Part shown: piece after piece, positions 1 to 12,601 of the stretch | Numbering within the stretch: position 1 is the first letter of the stretch | Layout of the letters: every line of letters starts with the position of its first letter | NCBI RefSeq assembly: GCF_006345805.1 | Contig: NW_021833026.1 | Location: 828,099 to 892,098, forward strand | DNA from: Octopus sinensis | Lineage: Eukaryota | Length of the DNA stretch: 64,000 nt | Reading direction: 5' to 3' | Program-made: the position numbers and the translations under genes | Notes under the pieces: generated by a model | The model's input: only the letters and a program-made list of their open reading frames with translations | What the model was told of the DNA's origin: nothing | Databases searched by the model: none

Positions 1-1409
1 CTCCCGCATTCCTCCAGAGACTGACTTTCGCTAGGAGAATCAGTCAATTGGAGGATTCCGTCCAATGTCCTCAGACATCAAAACGTGAAAGCCAGGATGG
101 AATAGCCGCGGAATACTCCGTGAAGGCATCCCAGACAAACGAGACCAGTTTTGTCCCTTGTGAGGGGTGTCATCAAGTGGACTTGTGCGTCAAATCAGTT
201 TGCATGTCTCTTCTCATAAAATAGCTGGCAAATGAAATCGTCGAATTCTACGACAAAACAGAACGTGAGTCTCTGCTAAAACAAGTCCTTGATTCTCCCC
301 AAAAAGACCCCTCGGAAACAATTTCAATTCTGAGTGGAATGAGTGACGACATTTCAACTTTATTTTCACTTTTTCTGGACACCAAGTCGAAGGAAATGAG
401 TCTGGCCAGACTGGTGAAAGGGAAGGAGGCCAATCACAGTTCTCAGAAAATCTCATTTGAGCACAAAATTGTCGAGTTGGAGGCACAGATCAAAGCAAAG
501 GAGAGTCTAGAAGTGCAATTTGAGGCGGAACAGGCCAGATTGAGCTTGAAAATCGAACAACTGGAAGGAAAAGTAGTCGCTCTGCAGTCGGAAATTAATG
601 AAAAAAATAAAAAACTAGAAAATATTTCAAATGAAATGAGCAAACTCAAAGTGGCCGACGAGGAGTGCAGTTTGGCCTAGTTTGGTGACATTTAGAGGCA
701 CAAAACTCTGATTTGAGGCAAAGATTGGAAGCCAGTGAGGAATATTCAAGCAAAAGAGACAACGAGTTTTTACAAGTCGAACAAAAATGCAAAGATTTGG
801 CTTGTTCGGTGGAAAAGGAGAGAACTTTAAAATGCTCTTTTGAGTCCTGCCTGAAGGTGGAATTGTCTTGATATGCCTGTAGACAGTCCAGGACAAGCAA
901 ATGGGGTTGTTGGACAGAATTGAGGCTTTGAGTGAGAAATGCCATGCCCTCGAGCAGGAGAACCTCGAACTGGCAGAAAAATGTCAACTGGCAGAGAATC
1001 AGGGACTAGCTAAGGACAAGTTGTTGTTCAACATGACACAGGAGAAGATCAATGTTGGATTACAGTTTAACCTCAGGCGGAAATGTCGGCACGTGCTTTG
1101 AAGTGTGAGAATGAACACAGTTCGGCACTCATCAAAGAGAATGAGGAATTGAAAAAAATAGCGTACGATAATTCAGAACAATTGAAGCGTGCAACGAAAC
1201 AATGCGGAGAATTGAATGAAAGGGTGAATCTGCTGTTACACTATCCTGATTTGAATGGGCCAACTGAGGTGTCGGGGATGGGGAATGTGCAGGAGGATAT
1301 GGAGAATCAGATTCGGTCAAACGAGTTGAGAGTCCAGCTTTTAGAACAACAGAACAAAAAAATGAGGAATTCTGTGGCAAAAATGATTCAAAGCAAAAAT
1401 CTTATTTAA
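1..1409 (+). CDS. CCDC157: CCDC157-like coiled-coil protein (5' partial, spliced)
   Basis: Motifs SQTNETSFVPCEGC and LLHYPDLNGP...QEDMENQIRSNELRVQLLEQQN resemble CCDC157. The frame is restored by GT-AG introns at 198-224, 670-695, 857-882 and 1054-1076. Confidence 0.7.
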
Positions 1410-1508
1410 TGGATATATTTAATACTTGTAAAAATATATTCATTTTTAAAGATTAAGAATTAATTAAAATTAGAATTTAAATGTGCAATAAATGTTACAC
1501 GTTTACTT

Positions 1509-2362
1509 ATGGTATCGAAGTTGGTCAAACAAAAAACAAAGAAAAATACTGAAAAAGTTGAAATTACGGAAACAGAGGATATAAATTCAAATTGGAAAAA
1601 ACTAAAAAAGGTCAAATTGAGACAAAACATTTACAGGAATTAAGTTCCAACACCACAAAAACTAAAAAGAAGAATAAAACCAAATCCACCCACAAAATCA
1701 CACAAATCAAACCTCAAAGCCCAACAACTGCTGCACTCCCTCAAGAAGTTCCCCGGAAAGTCTCAAACCTGACAAAACTAGTCGGCCTCGACTGTGAAAT
1801 GGTGGGAGTCGGCCTGGAAGGGAGAGAGGATGCCCTCGCCCGCGTTTCTCTGGTCAATTCTCACGGAATCTGCATCTTTGACCGATATCTACAAATCCCC
1901 GAAGAAGTGGCCAACTACCGAACCCACGTGTCCGGCATCCGCCCCTCCGACATTGCCTGCGGTGGTCTCTCTTATATATTCGTAGGATGGGACTTTAATG
2001 ACGTGATGGCCGATGTGCACTGTTTGGTGAAGGATCGGATAATTGTGGGCCACGATTTGCGGAAGGACTTTAAGGTAGGTTATATTGGGGAGGATAGTTG
2101 CTGTACATTTCACATTCCAAGAGATATGTGCGTGATACGTCCACGTTTTATGTGTTTAAGCAAATGTTTGGGGGACGGAGGCCGTCGTTGAAGAAGTTGA
2201 GTAAACAACTGCTTGATTTGGACGTTCAGATGGGGGAACATGACTCGGTAGTGTTTGTGGGTGATTGAGGTGGCGGATGCGGCGGCGGCCATGAGGTTGT
2301 ACAAACTGTACAGGACTCAGTGGGAGGAACATGTCCGCAAGGCTTTCGGGCCGGCAAAGTGA
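1509..2362 (+). CDS. REXO4: RNA exonuclease 4 (DEDDh)
   Basis: NSNWKKL, LDCEMVG, LARVSLVN, IVGHDL, RPSLKKL and HDS-VADA motifs; introns at 1611-1636, 1962-1985, 2075-2097 and 2248-2269. Confidence 0.9.
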
Positions 2363-2899
2363 TTTATTCTGTGTGAATATATTTTCTTTTTATATATGCT
2401 CACTGTATTATATATGCTACAGGGGATTGGGTCAAACATTGTTTCACTAAAAATTGTTTTTAGTTTATTAGCCGGTTTGAGAACAAGTTTATAAATTACT
2501 GGAGATAACTTGAAATTAAGTTTTCTGTGGCAATCCAAAGCAATTCCATTCGCGATCGAATTTTCAATAACCAACAAAAAGTACTTTTTTCCGGATTGTA
2601 TATTCAACAAACGATTTTTAGCATATAAACAAATTTTGTTGAAATTAAAAATATTTTCGAGAGTAACAATTCATTAGCCATTCATTCGATGCTCTTAAGT
2701 TTGTAAAGTTCATATTAATGAGAGACATATTTGCAATATTGTCCCATTGTAAATTTATAAGAAAAAGCATTTTTATTTTTCTTCACTGTAAGTACCATAC
2801 AACAATTCAGTAAAAAGTACTAATTTTTATAACAAGAAAAGCAGGAACTATAATATTGAGATCAGAATTGTTGAAAAGCGTCATTAACTTTACATTATT

Positions 2900-3420
2900 A
2901 TTATTAATAAGCACACCGCAAAATAACGTTAGTAAAGATATCTCGCTTGTGCCACCCTCTCCTGGATGCGTTTTGTTAATCGCTTCCCTCTGTTCCTCGA
3001 TAGTTCTCTCAAGTGCTCAAGATTGTCTGCTGATTTCAGCCTTTTTCCAATCAAACTTAGGTTTTGGTGCAGGAGGGTTGGTAGAGTGATTCGTGGTCTT
3101 CCTCGGAAGTTTGTTCCCGGGTGGGGGGCGTAGTGGTGTTCCATTGCGAGATTTGCAGTTTTCCTGTCCATTCTTAGGATGTGACCGAATAAGCCCAATC
3201 TATTACTTCTTATTTCTTCGTCCAACGGGTGTGCATTGTACCTGGAGTAGAGATGTTTGTTTGAAATTCGTTTTGGCCAAAAGATTCCTAGGATGTATTT
3301 TAGCTGCATTAACTTTACATGGTTTTCAAAATATCGTCAGTTTTTGTTAGACAATTCGAAATAATGTTCCCACGCGTTATGTACGGCCTAATTGTTTTTT
3401 ATTCGAGCTACAATGGAACC
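2900..3420 (-). mobile_element. Non-LTR retrotransposon 3' fragment (C-terminal to the RT)
   Basis: RLGLFGHILRMD...RGRPRITL motif typical of LINE ORF2 C-termini. Confidence 0.7.
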
Positions 3421-4313
3421 CACGTTTCATATTGTACTCTGTGTGAATGATTTTGCAAGAGCAGTCAAACAGGTTATACGTTTTTATAGTGTCAAAATGT
3501 GCGGAGTTTTTTTGATTGCTTGGGATAACATTTTTTTCAAATTTGTTTTCTAATGACTGGCATATTGGCAATGTTTGAGCGAACAAAATATTCGAACAAG
3601 TCACAATTTTTGTCAACTTCGTCGGATGGGATTTGCTTAAAAATAATTTCTCGAAAATCGCAAACGTAACCATTTAGCTATGGGATTTAAATGTAATTTA
3701 TTATACTTAATTATTAATTAATTTTGAAAACAATAAACAATCAATTATATTATCGTGTCCACAATTATTTTTTTTCTTGTGTTGCATTTTCCAATGTTGT
3801 ATCAATAAAAATTGAATATGTACATATCATGAACTATTTAACATATTTTCATTGATCTATATATTTACTGTTTATTTGTCACTATTCATTATTAATATGT
3901 TTATTGGTTCTTTAAATCATTGTTTATTCGAAAGCAATCGATTTGAAGGCATCTATAAATGCTGATACTCATTATTAACACTGATTAGTGCATTTTATGT
4001 TTGTTTATTATATAAAGACACTATTGATGGACACATTTTGTTGTTTTGTATTTTTCTGACATTAATTTCGATCAATTTAATTTTTACAATACACTCAACC
4101 CTCTTAAATTTGCCCCTCTCAAATTGGCCCCTTTCAAATTGGCCATTTTTAACAATTTACCTCTGGAAAATTCAAAAAACTCTGCAAAATGGCCAATTCT
4201 TAAATTGGCCACAATTTTAATTTTCTTGTACTGTAATTTTGATTCTTCAGAATTTTTTTGTAATAAATTTGAATTTTATTAATAAAATTTGTCCATCCTG
4301 TCTTCTCGTAATA

Positions 4314-5919
4314 TGTCGCGAGCCGAGCGCGCGACCGAGCACTAGACGCGACCAATCAAATTTACTCAATGTCAATCAATGTCAAAATAACTTATTTTAT
4401 TGATTAGATCAAGGACAATTATTATTTCTGACTGTTATAACTTCTTAAGTCGTTTGGCATGAACTTTCATTACTGATCCATCACTATTTTCCACATTGAC
4501 AAAATTGTTAGACAATTTCGCAACAATAGTGAATGGATCCCCGTATGGATGTTCAAACCTGGTTAATCTCAAGGAAGGATTTGTCCCATAATCTTTTTGA
4601 ATGCGAACCTTTTAAGTAATTATAAAATAAATACAATGTCTCCAATGTTTAATTCATATTTAGACACATGCACTCCCATCTTCCTGTTCATTCTCTTATA
4701 ATATGGAGAATCCAAGTTAACTTTTGGGAAGTTGAATTCGAATTCATCTTTAGTTGAATTTAAAACATTTACTGTTAATTTCGGGAGTGTATTGAAGTTC
4801 AGCTGCCTCAACATCAGTATTTCCTAAAACAGTATTGAATCCAGGAATTCCACGATATCTCTCAAAGGGGCTAACGCCTGCAAAAAATTTAAGACAAATA
4901 ATTCACCTGTAGATGAATGAGGTGTTTGATTGTACAAAAACACAGTCTTTCTTATGTGTTTTACCCACTCTTTGGTGTCATCCAAACTCATAATTTTTGA
5001 AAGGCTCCTTGTGACCGTCTGATTAAATCGTTCAACAATTCCCTGACTCTGGGGATTGTTTGGTCTTCCATGTATTTGTCGAACACAAAACTCTTCACAT
5101 ACTTTTGTCACATGAGAATTTTTGAATTCTGTTCCGTTGTCTGATTGGAGAAACTTGCAGGGACCAAAATCCATAAAAATATCATTCAGATTATTCGCCA
5201 CCTCTACTCCACTTTTATTTTTAAGATTCCTTGTAAACGCATATTTCGAATATACGTCTATTACAGACATTAACCAAGAAAAATCATTGTTTTCATTTTT
5301 AAATCTACAAAATAAGTTAATTTTATACCGTTTAAGATCAATTAAATCTACTTGAAATCTTTCATTAGGTAAATCAGCAACAATATGAGTTGAATCATCA
5401 TATTGTTTTAGTGGAACTGAAAATTTGCAAATATTGCATTCTTTAACAACTTGGCGAATGATCTCTCTTCTCAATATAAAAAATCTTCGCCTACATAAGG
5501 CTTCCAAAGCATTATGTCCGCAATGATTAGCTTCATGAATCTCACGTGCAATTAATTTCATCTCTTCTAAGCTCGTGGAAGCAATTACGAGCTTGTGTAG
5601 GCCGTTTACATCTTTAAGATATAGTTTCCCCTCTTTAATTAGGAAATTTTCTGCTTTCTTTTTGAGTCGATACTTCTTATGTTTGGAAAGATCGACCTCC
5701 TCATTATTGAGTATAGATCTTAGGAAATTATATTCATCTTGATCTTTTACAAACAAACGCTGGCCCGACATAACAAAGTGTAGACAAAATTATGCTAGCG
5801 TGGATAATATTTTATCTGGGTGAGTATGGTACGCCGGCAATTAGACTGACAGGTGGATGACAGGTATGACAGGTGTCAAAGTCGCGTCTAGCGCTCGGTC
5901 GCGCGCTCGGCTCGCGACA
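4314..5919 (-). mobile_element. Complete Ginger-type DNA transposon (Gypsy-like integrase with TIRs)
   Basis: 39-bp TIRs starting TGTCGCG (1 mismatch); TAATA directly repeated on both flanks (4309-4313 and 5920-5924). Confidence 0.9.
4435..5771 (-). CDS. Ginger integrase/transposase (HHCC, DDE core, GPY/F-like C-terminus) with 4 introns
   Basis: HEANH..CNIC, VDLID, IDVYSK, SDNGTEF, QSQGIVERFN, TPHSSTG|VSPF and IGDI|VRI..YGDPFTIV..VHAKRLK after removing introns 5305-5328, 4878-4906, 4748-4772 and 4609-4634. Confidence 0.88.
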
Positions 5920-6129
5920 TAATATTTATACTCGTCTGAATTTTAATCAGAAAAAAGAAATTTTATGTTATAAAGAGGAGAATCCCAATTTTTCGTGTCA
6001 GCATTTGGGCGAAAGATTTTCTTTTGTGTTTAATAAAAAATTTTCTCGAAAAACAATCAACACCATTCTTTTGAAAGAAGATCCTCTTCTCAAAGATAGC
6101 AAGATACACAATCTAGCCTCAAAAAAGTG

Positions 6130-8130
6130 TCGATTTTTGGGATGGTGCGTTCAGGAATGCGCAAATCCAAGCTCCACTGCCCGGGGATGCTGCCGAAAGA
6201 AGGCAAGCTCGGCGGTGTTGGTTGGACGACCCGAGCAGCTGATTGAAAGTTTGATGCATCCTATTCGATCCCAGGCTCGTTGATCATTCGATCTTTCGGA
6301 AAGTCAAGACATTGTTCCCTCCAGACTTTGCTGAAATGAGCCCAGGAAAATTCAGAAACATAGAAAAACGGGGAATGATAAGTCGGAATATAAGCAGATG
6401 CCAAAGGCAATCGCGAGAGTTTCCTGTCTCCAACCCCTATCGTTGAAGGGGGAATTGCACATGTTTTGAGTACATGTACGGATAAGGTGGTTAATGGCGG
6501 AAAGTCTCTCTCGAAAAGCAAAACACAGAGAAGAGCGTAGCAAATAAGAGAGCTTTTGGATTGAAAAGCAATTTTGTAGAAGGAATAATGCTGTGTGAGT
6601 CCAACTGACTGATACGTTCAAAAACTTCCTCGAGAAAGAGTTCTTTTTTGCGTAGGGCCACATCGATAGAGTTGCCAGCTACCGGGGCTCCGAGGATAAA
6701 AGTTCGTCAATGGGAGTAGATTGAACTCCCGGGATAAGATCGCAGAAAGAGGAAACAGCTTCTTCGAAAATAGATTGCGAGCATCCGAAGTTGGAAATTT
6801 CACATTTGGAGAAATTTAAAATGAGGCCGATTTTCTCCAGAGCCGGAATAATTTTAATTATGTCCCAGAGGGCCCCCCTGTTGAACTCCAGAAGCAGACG
6901 GGATAGTGTCGGAATCAAAGATAAGGGAGATGGTTGGCCGTATGATTGGAAAGTTACCCAAATAAAAAAGGACAATACTCAGAGCAGGCCTCCAAAACTC
7001 GGTCCCGTCGAATACTGTTGAATGCATTTCTGATGTCAAGCTTGATCAAAATGTTAGGACATTGTGATTTCCTGCACGCATCTGAGAAAGTGCGGATAGC
7101 AGGAACAGCAGATTCACATCCTCCAGTTGGACTGGACTGAGCTTTGCGGCAATGGTGGGGATAATTTTCTTGCATGCGATCTTGGCTGCAAGGCGACGGA
7201 AGACAAAGCCGACCGCAATTGGGCGGATCCCTCCGCATTTTTTGCCAAAAGCGGTGAGATTGGCTGAAAAGAGAATGTGACGGATAGTATCTGGCAGATT
7301 TCCTTGGAGCAGTTCATCTAACAGGCAAGTGATAGATTTGAGCAGACGAGTGGCAGGCTCACCCACGATATGAGCGGTAAGGTCCTTCAAATGTCCCGGG
7401 CTCCTCCGCTGCTGCACGGAGAATTTCCAGCCACCGGGGCTCCGAGGATAGAAAGTTCGTCAATGGGAGTAGATTCCACTCCCGGAATAAGATCACGGAT
7501 CGAGCAAACAGCGTCTTCGAAAGTAGATTGCGAACACCTTTATATTTTTCTCCTGTGTAACTGCAACACAAAAGAAGTGTCATACGTTCTTTTCTTATTT
7601 TATGTCCGCTGTGTGACTCATTTCTTTCAACAAAACTCTTTTTGGAAACAGTTTTATACAATAATGCAGTTGTATCACAGTTGAAAATGTTTTGAAGTTT
7701 TGAAGCAAATCATTGAAGGTTGATCGGAAGTTTTCCGCACCTGCTTTATCAGTTGGTCGTGATTTGCCATGTTATTTTCCTATTTCTTGAGTCTGTAAAG
7801 CCATCCATTAGAAGCAGTGAAATCATGATTCGAATTTCTATACGCAATTTGTTTGGACGTGGGGATTTCTTCCACGCATCTGAGAATGTACGGATAGCAT
7901 GAACTGCAGATTCACATCCTCCAGGCACGCCAACCACGAGTTGGACTGGGCTGAGCTTTGCAGAGATGGTGGAGATAATTTTCTTGCATGCGATCTTGGC
8001 TGCAAGGCGACGGAAGACAAAGTCGACCGCAGTTGGGCGGATCCCTCCACATTTTTCACAAAAGCGATGAGATTGGCTGAGAAGAGTATGTGACGGATAG
8101 TATCCGGCAGATTTCCTTGGAGCATCTCCA
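6130..8130 (-). mobile_element. Degenerate, internally duplicated CRE-like (early-branching) non-LTR reverse transcriptase, interleaved with pogo pieces
   Basis: GGIRPIAVGFVFRRLAAK, KLDIRNAFNS, GVQQGGPLG, GLILNFSKCE and ALFLLQNC..KLSYLLR. About 6672-6790 repeats at about 7425-7535, and about 7070-7310 at about 7870-8125. Confidence 0.75.
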
Positions 8131-8230
8131 AAAATTATTTCCGACTATTTCTAACGACTTTTGTTGTCCAAGCTAATTTTGGTCTTTCTTCTTATATTTT
8201 TTAAATATACTCAATTTTTCCATAATCGTG
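7535..8230 (-). mobile_element. pogo-family transposase fragments
   Basis: GHKIRKERMTLLLCCSYTGEK DDE-region motif and CENP-B-like pieces. Confidence 0.65.
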
Positions 8231-8299
8231 GGATGGTGTTGTTGTTGAAAGATTCATTTAGTATCGATGTGAGATATTGTAATCCATGATCACTCAGCC

Positions 8300-8450
8300 C
8301 CTTGATGTGGAAACTACTAAAATGTCTAAATATTTTACACTGTCCATTTTTCCATTTATAATAACAAGATTACATATCTCTTCATATGAGAAACTTTATC
8401 GGAGTATTATTCTCTCTGCTCATTGCAAAATTAGTTCTTTTATCTTAATA
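8300..8450 (-). mobile_element. Tc1 transposase fragment
   Basis: SFSYEEICNLVIINGKMDSVKYLDIL resembles the Tc1 DDE region. Confidence 0.5.
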
Positions 8451-9093
8451 TTAACAGAGAGGATAATTGCTATGAACTGTACTAAAGCAGTCCATTGTAC
8501 CAATCCAGTTGGCTAAATTGTATTCTACGCTTAACAGGTGCTCGATAACATCGTGACCCAAACAGACAACGCATTAATAAAGATTCCTCTTCTATATCAT
8601 TGTAAATAATGAAAATTTGCATAATAGTCAGTAACATTTAACCATCTGGCACATCTAGTTACAATGGGATCGGGTAGATATCCAATTTCTGTAAATAATT
8701 AACTTCGTGAATTATTTTATTTGCAATTAATTCCAAAACAATCAGTTAAAAGTGTTTTAACAATCGTTTTTCTGTAAAACCTTATGATTTAACTTTAAAT
8801 ATCCAAGAACCAAAAATAAAAAGATTAGTCATTGATAAACACTATCAATTTAATTAAGTGAATAAATTTTTAAAAATCGATGAGAAATACGGTTAAAAAT
8901 AATTTAGATGGGAAATATTTCGAAAATACAATTCAACAATTTTTTAAAATTAGTTAGTTTACATTACTTGGTAACTATAAGCGACAATTTAATCAAGAAA
9001 TAATAAAATGATAATTTGTGAAAATAGAATAAGTTTTATTAAAACATTATCGAATAAGAAAATGAATAAATAAACGTGCACGTTTGTTGTGTG

Positions 9094-9881
9094 ATGCCAA
9101 AATCTAAAAGAAAAAATAAGAGTAGTGGTTGTAATTAATTATAGTTTGTCTGACAAACACAAAGAAGAAGGGCGCAGAACATAAGCAGCAGCTCATAGAA
9201 AACGTGATTTGCGTAAACACAGCCTTCTTTAGATTCGAGAAGCAATTTTGAAATACGAGCGCCTGTTTGTGTTCTCAGCCCACAACTTTCTAAATTCTGC
9301 AATGCACAATATTCGAGTGGGGCTGGCAGACTCGCGGTTGGTCTGCCTTCTTCACCTTCCAGCATTTTCTTTGGCAAAAGAAGGTGATGGCCATTGCCTT
9401 GTCCTCATTTCCCGACCTCCAAAAAATGGGCGATCTTTTATGCAGAGACAGGGGTCTCCTGTTTACCATCGATCCCAGGCTGACATTCTGAAGTAGTCCC
9501 TCATCCATCTTCTAGTTATTTCACTGAAATGAGAGTCCCCAATTTCCCGCGTTCCGGATTTACCGCGGAAAGTCAAGTCACGTTAAAGGAGGGAATTTAT
9601 GATCAATTCCCCTCCTCAGTGGAAGCCTATTTGAGATCGCTCGGACTCCCCACGTCGCTGGAGAAGGGTTGCTTTGTCTGTAGAATGGCAGGGAAGGTGA
9701 GACTGATGCCGACTATGAGTTGTGTTCCCCCGAGATGTCCTCACCCCCGAAAAGGCCAATCTTCTGGTATTTTAGTTCTCCCTCACTGCAGAAACAATTT
9801 GGCTACAAAATGGCCGAATTTTATATTTCCATGGATGCGGTGTGGTCAAAATCTGAGGGCAAGATTACCACGTTTGTCTAA
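9094..9881 (+). pseudogene. MRTO4: mRNA turnover 4 (ribosome assembly factor), copy A, with several 1-bp indels
   Basis: MPKSKR start and LRSLGLPTSLEKG; near-identical to the intact inverted copy at 39178-39970 but frameshifted. Confidence 0.75.
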
Positions 9882-10535
9882 CGTGTTTTTATATTATTTT
9901 TTTAATTTGCAACTTGGATGTTTTTGTCATATTAGTCGTTGAATTAACTATTTGTCTTCTGTAAATGTGCTTTATAAAATCTGGGGAATAAATCTATTGG
10001 GATATATAGTCCCAATAATGTAACACATCTTCATTACCCTTACTATCTGTACTTGAAAAGTTATAAAACTGTCATGATAATGAAGAAAACAGGCAGCGGT
10101 ATTTTAGAATCTGAACACATGTTTACATTGTACATTTAAAGTTCAATAACGCAAGAACTTGAATAATTAAAACAATTATTTGACATGATTATATGCTGTT
10201 TGATGTATTCATTACGCACTGAATTTAGATTTATTACTGTGTAAAACATGACCAGAGCTAATAATAAATTACAAATACAAAACATATAAAGGCATTTTTA
10301 ATGAAAATAAGGCTAGTTTGTTTCAAAAACCAAACCCTCATTTTTAAATTTTTCAAGGGCATCAAGGTTCTGTTTTTAATAAAAGAGGACATTGAAAATA
10401 AAAAACTGTGTAATTATTTTTTTATGTATTTGAAAAAACTTGAAAACAAGCTTGTTGGAGATGATAGTGGTATGATAATATTTTCTGGTACTTCAATCAT
10501 ATGGTTTTTAGTCTTTGGCAATTCAATCAGTGTTA

Positions 10536-11384
10536 CACTCCATGTAATAAAAACCGGTTTTCAAGTTTGCATGTTTTTACTAGTTTTTTTTAAATGTATA
10601 TCAATTTTTAATTACTTTTCAGCATCGTTTGTTGTATCTTTTTACTATTTTTAAAATTATAATGTATATTTAATATTGATCTTGATAAAATCTTAGCGTG
10701 TATTAAAAAAAACCGGATTTTTTTTGATTAGTCTGTTGCTAAGGCCATTTTTAGGTATTTGAAAAAAATGCTTGATAAATTCACTAAAGGAAAGATCTAG
10801 CTCTCATTCAATTAAATTAAACACAAAAGAAGATTGTTGAGGAGCTGAATATTCCAACTCGATTCTCAATGATTTTCTGAATAAGTTAAATAAAAAGGGA
10901 CTGTTGATCGTATAACCTGGTTCTGGAAGACCCAAAAACTCTCTAACTCAGATATTTGTAACTTGTCAACATTGTGAAAGAAAATCCAAAAAAACACTTG
11001 AACATGTGTGGACTACATAAAGGAAGAATTGAGTAAAAAAATGCTGCATAGTAAAAAGGATTTATGCGAAATATCATATAAATTTGGGACGAAATACCAA
11101 TGGAATTTGTGAGAAATTAACTGAAAGTATGCCAAGAAGAAGCATTGAGGCACATGGAAAACACATTAAGGCACCCATTATTAATCATTTGACTTTTTTT
11201 CTAATCCGTTTTTTTTACACAGAAAAAAATTTAATATAATCAGTTTAGCAGTACAAAAAGATTATTGAAAAATTATAAAAAGAAAGTTACGAGATTATCA
11301 TTATAAATTAAAAAAAAGTCTAAATTAAAAACAGAATATCAAAAAAATTAAGCATTCGAAATCCGGTTTTTTACTACATGGGTG
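10536..11384 (+). mobile_element. Tc1 element, internally deleted copy
   Basis: TA-flanked CACTCCATGTAATAAA TIR; same family as 50785-52323 with most of the DDE domain deleted. Confidence 0.85.
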
Positions 11385-12601
11385 TATATTGCCGAAAATG
11401 ACAGTCATGAAATAATATAAAATCAGAAAATAAAAACCAGACAAAATTGCTCAAAATATTTTTAAACGTGTTAAATTTCAAATAATGTTAAAAAATGTTG
11501 AAAAAATAGAAGAAAAATCAACTGCAAAAGAATGAATAATAAAATCACTAATAAAAGTTTGTCGCGTTTTATTTCTATAAAACAAATTCAATGGAATTAA
11601 AATTTATCTACAAAATAAATACAACTCTAAGCCGCCAGAAAAACTGTATTTAGTCAATCCACTTTTGTTAATTCAGTTGTGTGTTTGTGTACCTCCTTAG
11701 CTGACAGTGAGATTGTGTTTCTTTTTCATGGTATAAAGTGAAAATATGAATTAGCCAATTTACTTTTTGCTGGTTCGAAAATACTTTTAAACAGCTCAGT
11801 TTTTGTAACGTATCAAAAGGTGATTGACACTCACATGACTATTAAGTCGGACAAAGCTAGAAAGTCCATCCCGATTACACAAATGTTCAAATAGAAATTA
11901 GTATTGATAAATGGAAAATTCATTTCCCATATTGTTTTCCTCCAGTAGTCCCTTATACTACTAAAGTGATATATGAAACGCAGCCCCGCTAACTTGTTGA
12001 AAGTCCTAAGCATCCTGCAGGCTGAAAATTTCATGAACTAATCTGGAAATTAACATTTTGACGACCTGTCTGCCTGGGAGTAACTCAGTGCTGAATTTAT
12101 TGAAAGGTCCACCCATTGCTGCAGAATATCTAAAGACTGTCCGTCATTCTAATGACACCCTAAACACATCTGTTAGTGTGAGAATAAAAACATTTTTAGA
12201 ACAAAGAATGTGATAACAGAAGTGTTAATTGATTAATTGTTCAAATAACAATTTGTATAGTAAATTGAATTGTTACAATTAGGCTACTGTCACGCCAATC
12301 TTTTTAGGCAGGATTGTTATAGGTTATTCTTTATGTTCAATTTGTCATCCTGTCAGAGAGATTTTAACTGTCGTAAATCGATTTTTTATCACAAACAGAT
12401 TATGTCGAGTGATATATTCGTTTATATATTTCTTTCACCAGTTTTGACCATCCTGATATTAAATAAAAAACCGAGAGTAAAGGTAGTCACTTTATAGCCA
12501 GAAATCACTTATTGAACACACGAAGCAGCTATTTCACAAATCAGCTGTAATCAAATAACTCGAACAATTATTGATAACATGGATAAGGAATAAACCATCA
12601 A

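Larger units (their letters stand above)
4090..6125 (+). mobile_element. pogo/Tigger-type DNA transposon 5' part (CENP-B HTH) interrupted by the Ginger element
   Basis: TA followed by a CACTCAACCCTC terminus with AAATTGGCC subterminal repeats. Removing Ginger plus one TSD rejoins SSRNIYTRLNFNQKKEILCYKEENPNFS...FSRKTINTIL. Confidence 0.7.

Noticed and set aside
4824-5771. LTR retrotransposon integrase
   Set aside because: Flanked by inverted rather than direct terminal repeats, with no gag/RT and with introns, so it fits Ginger.
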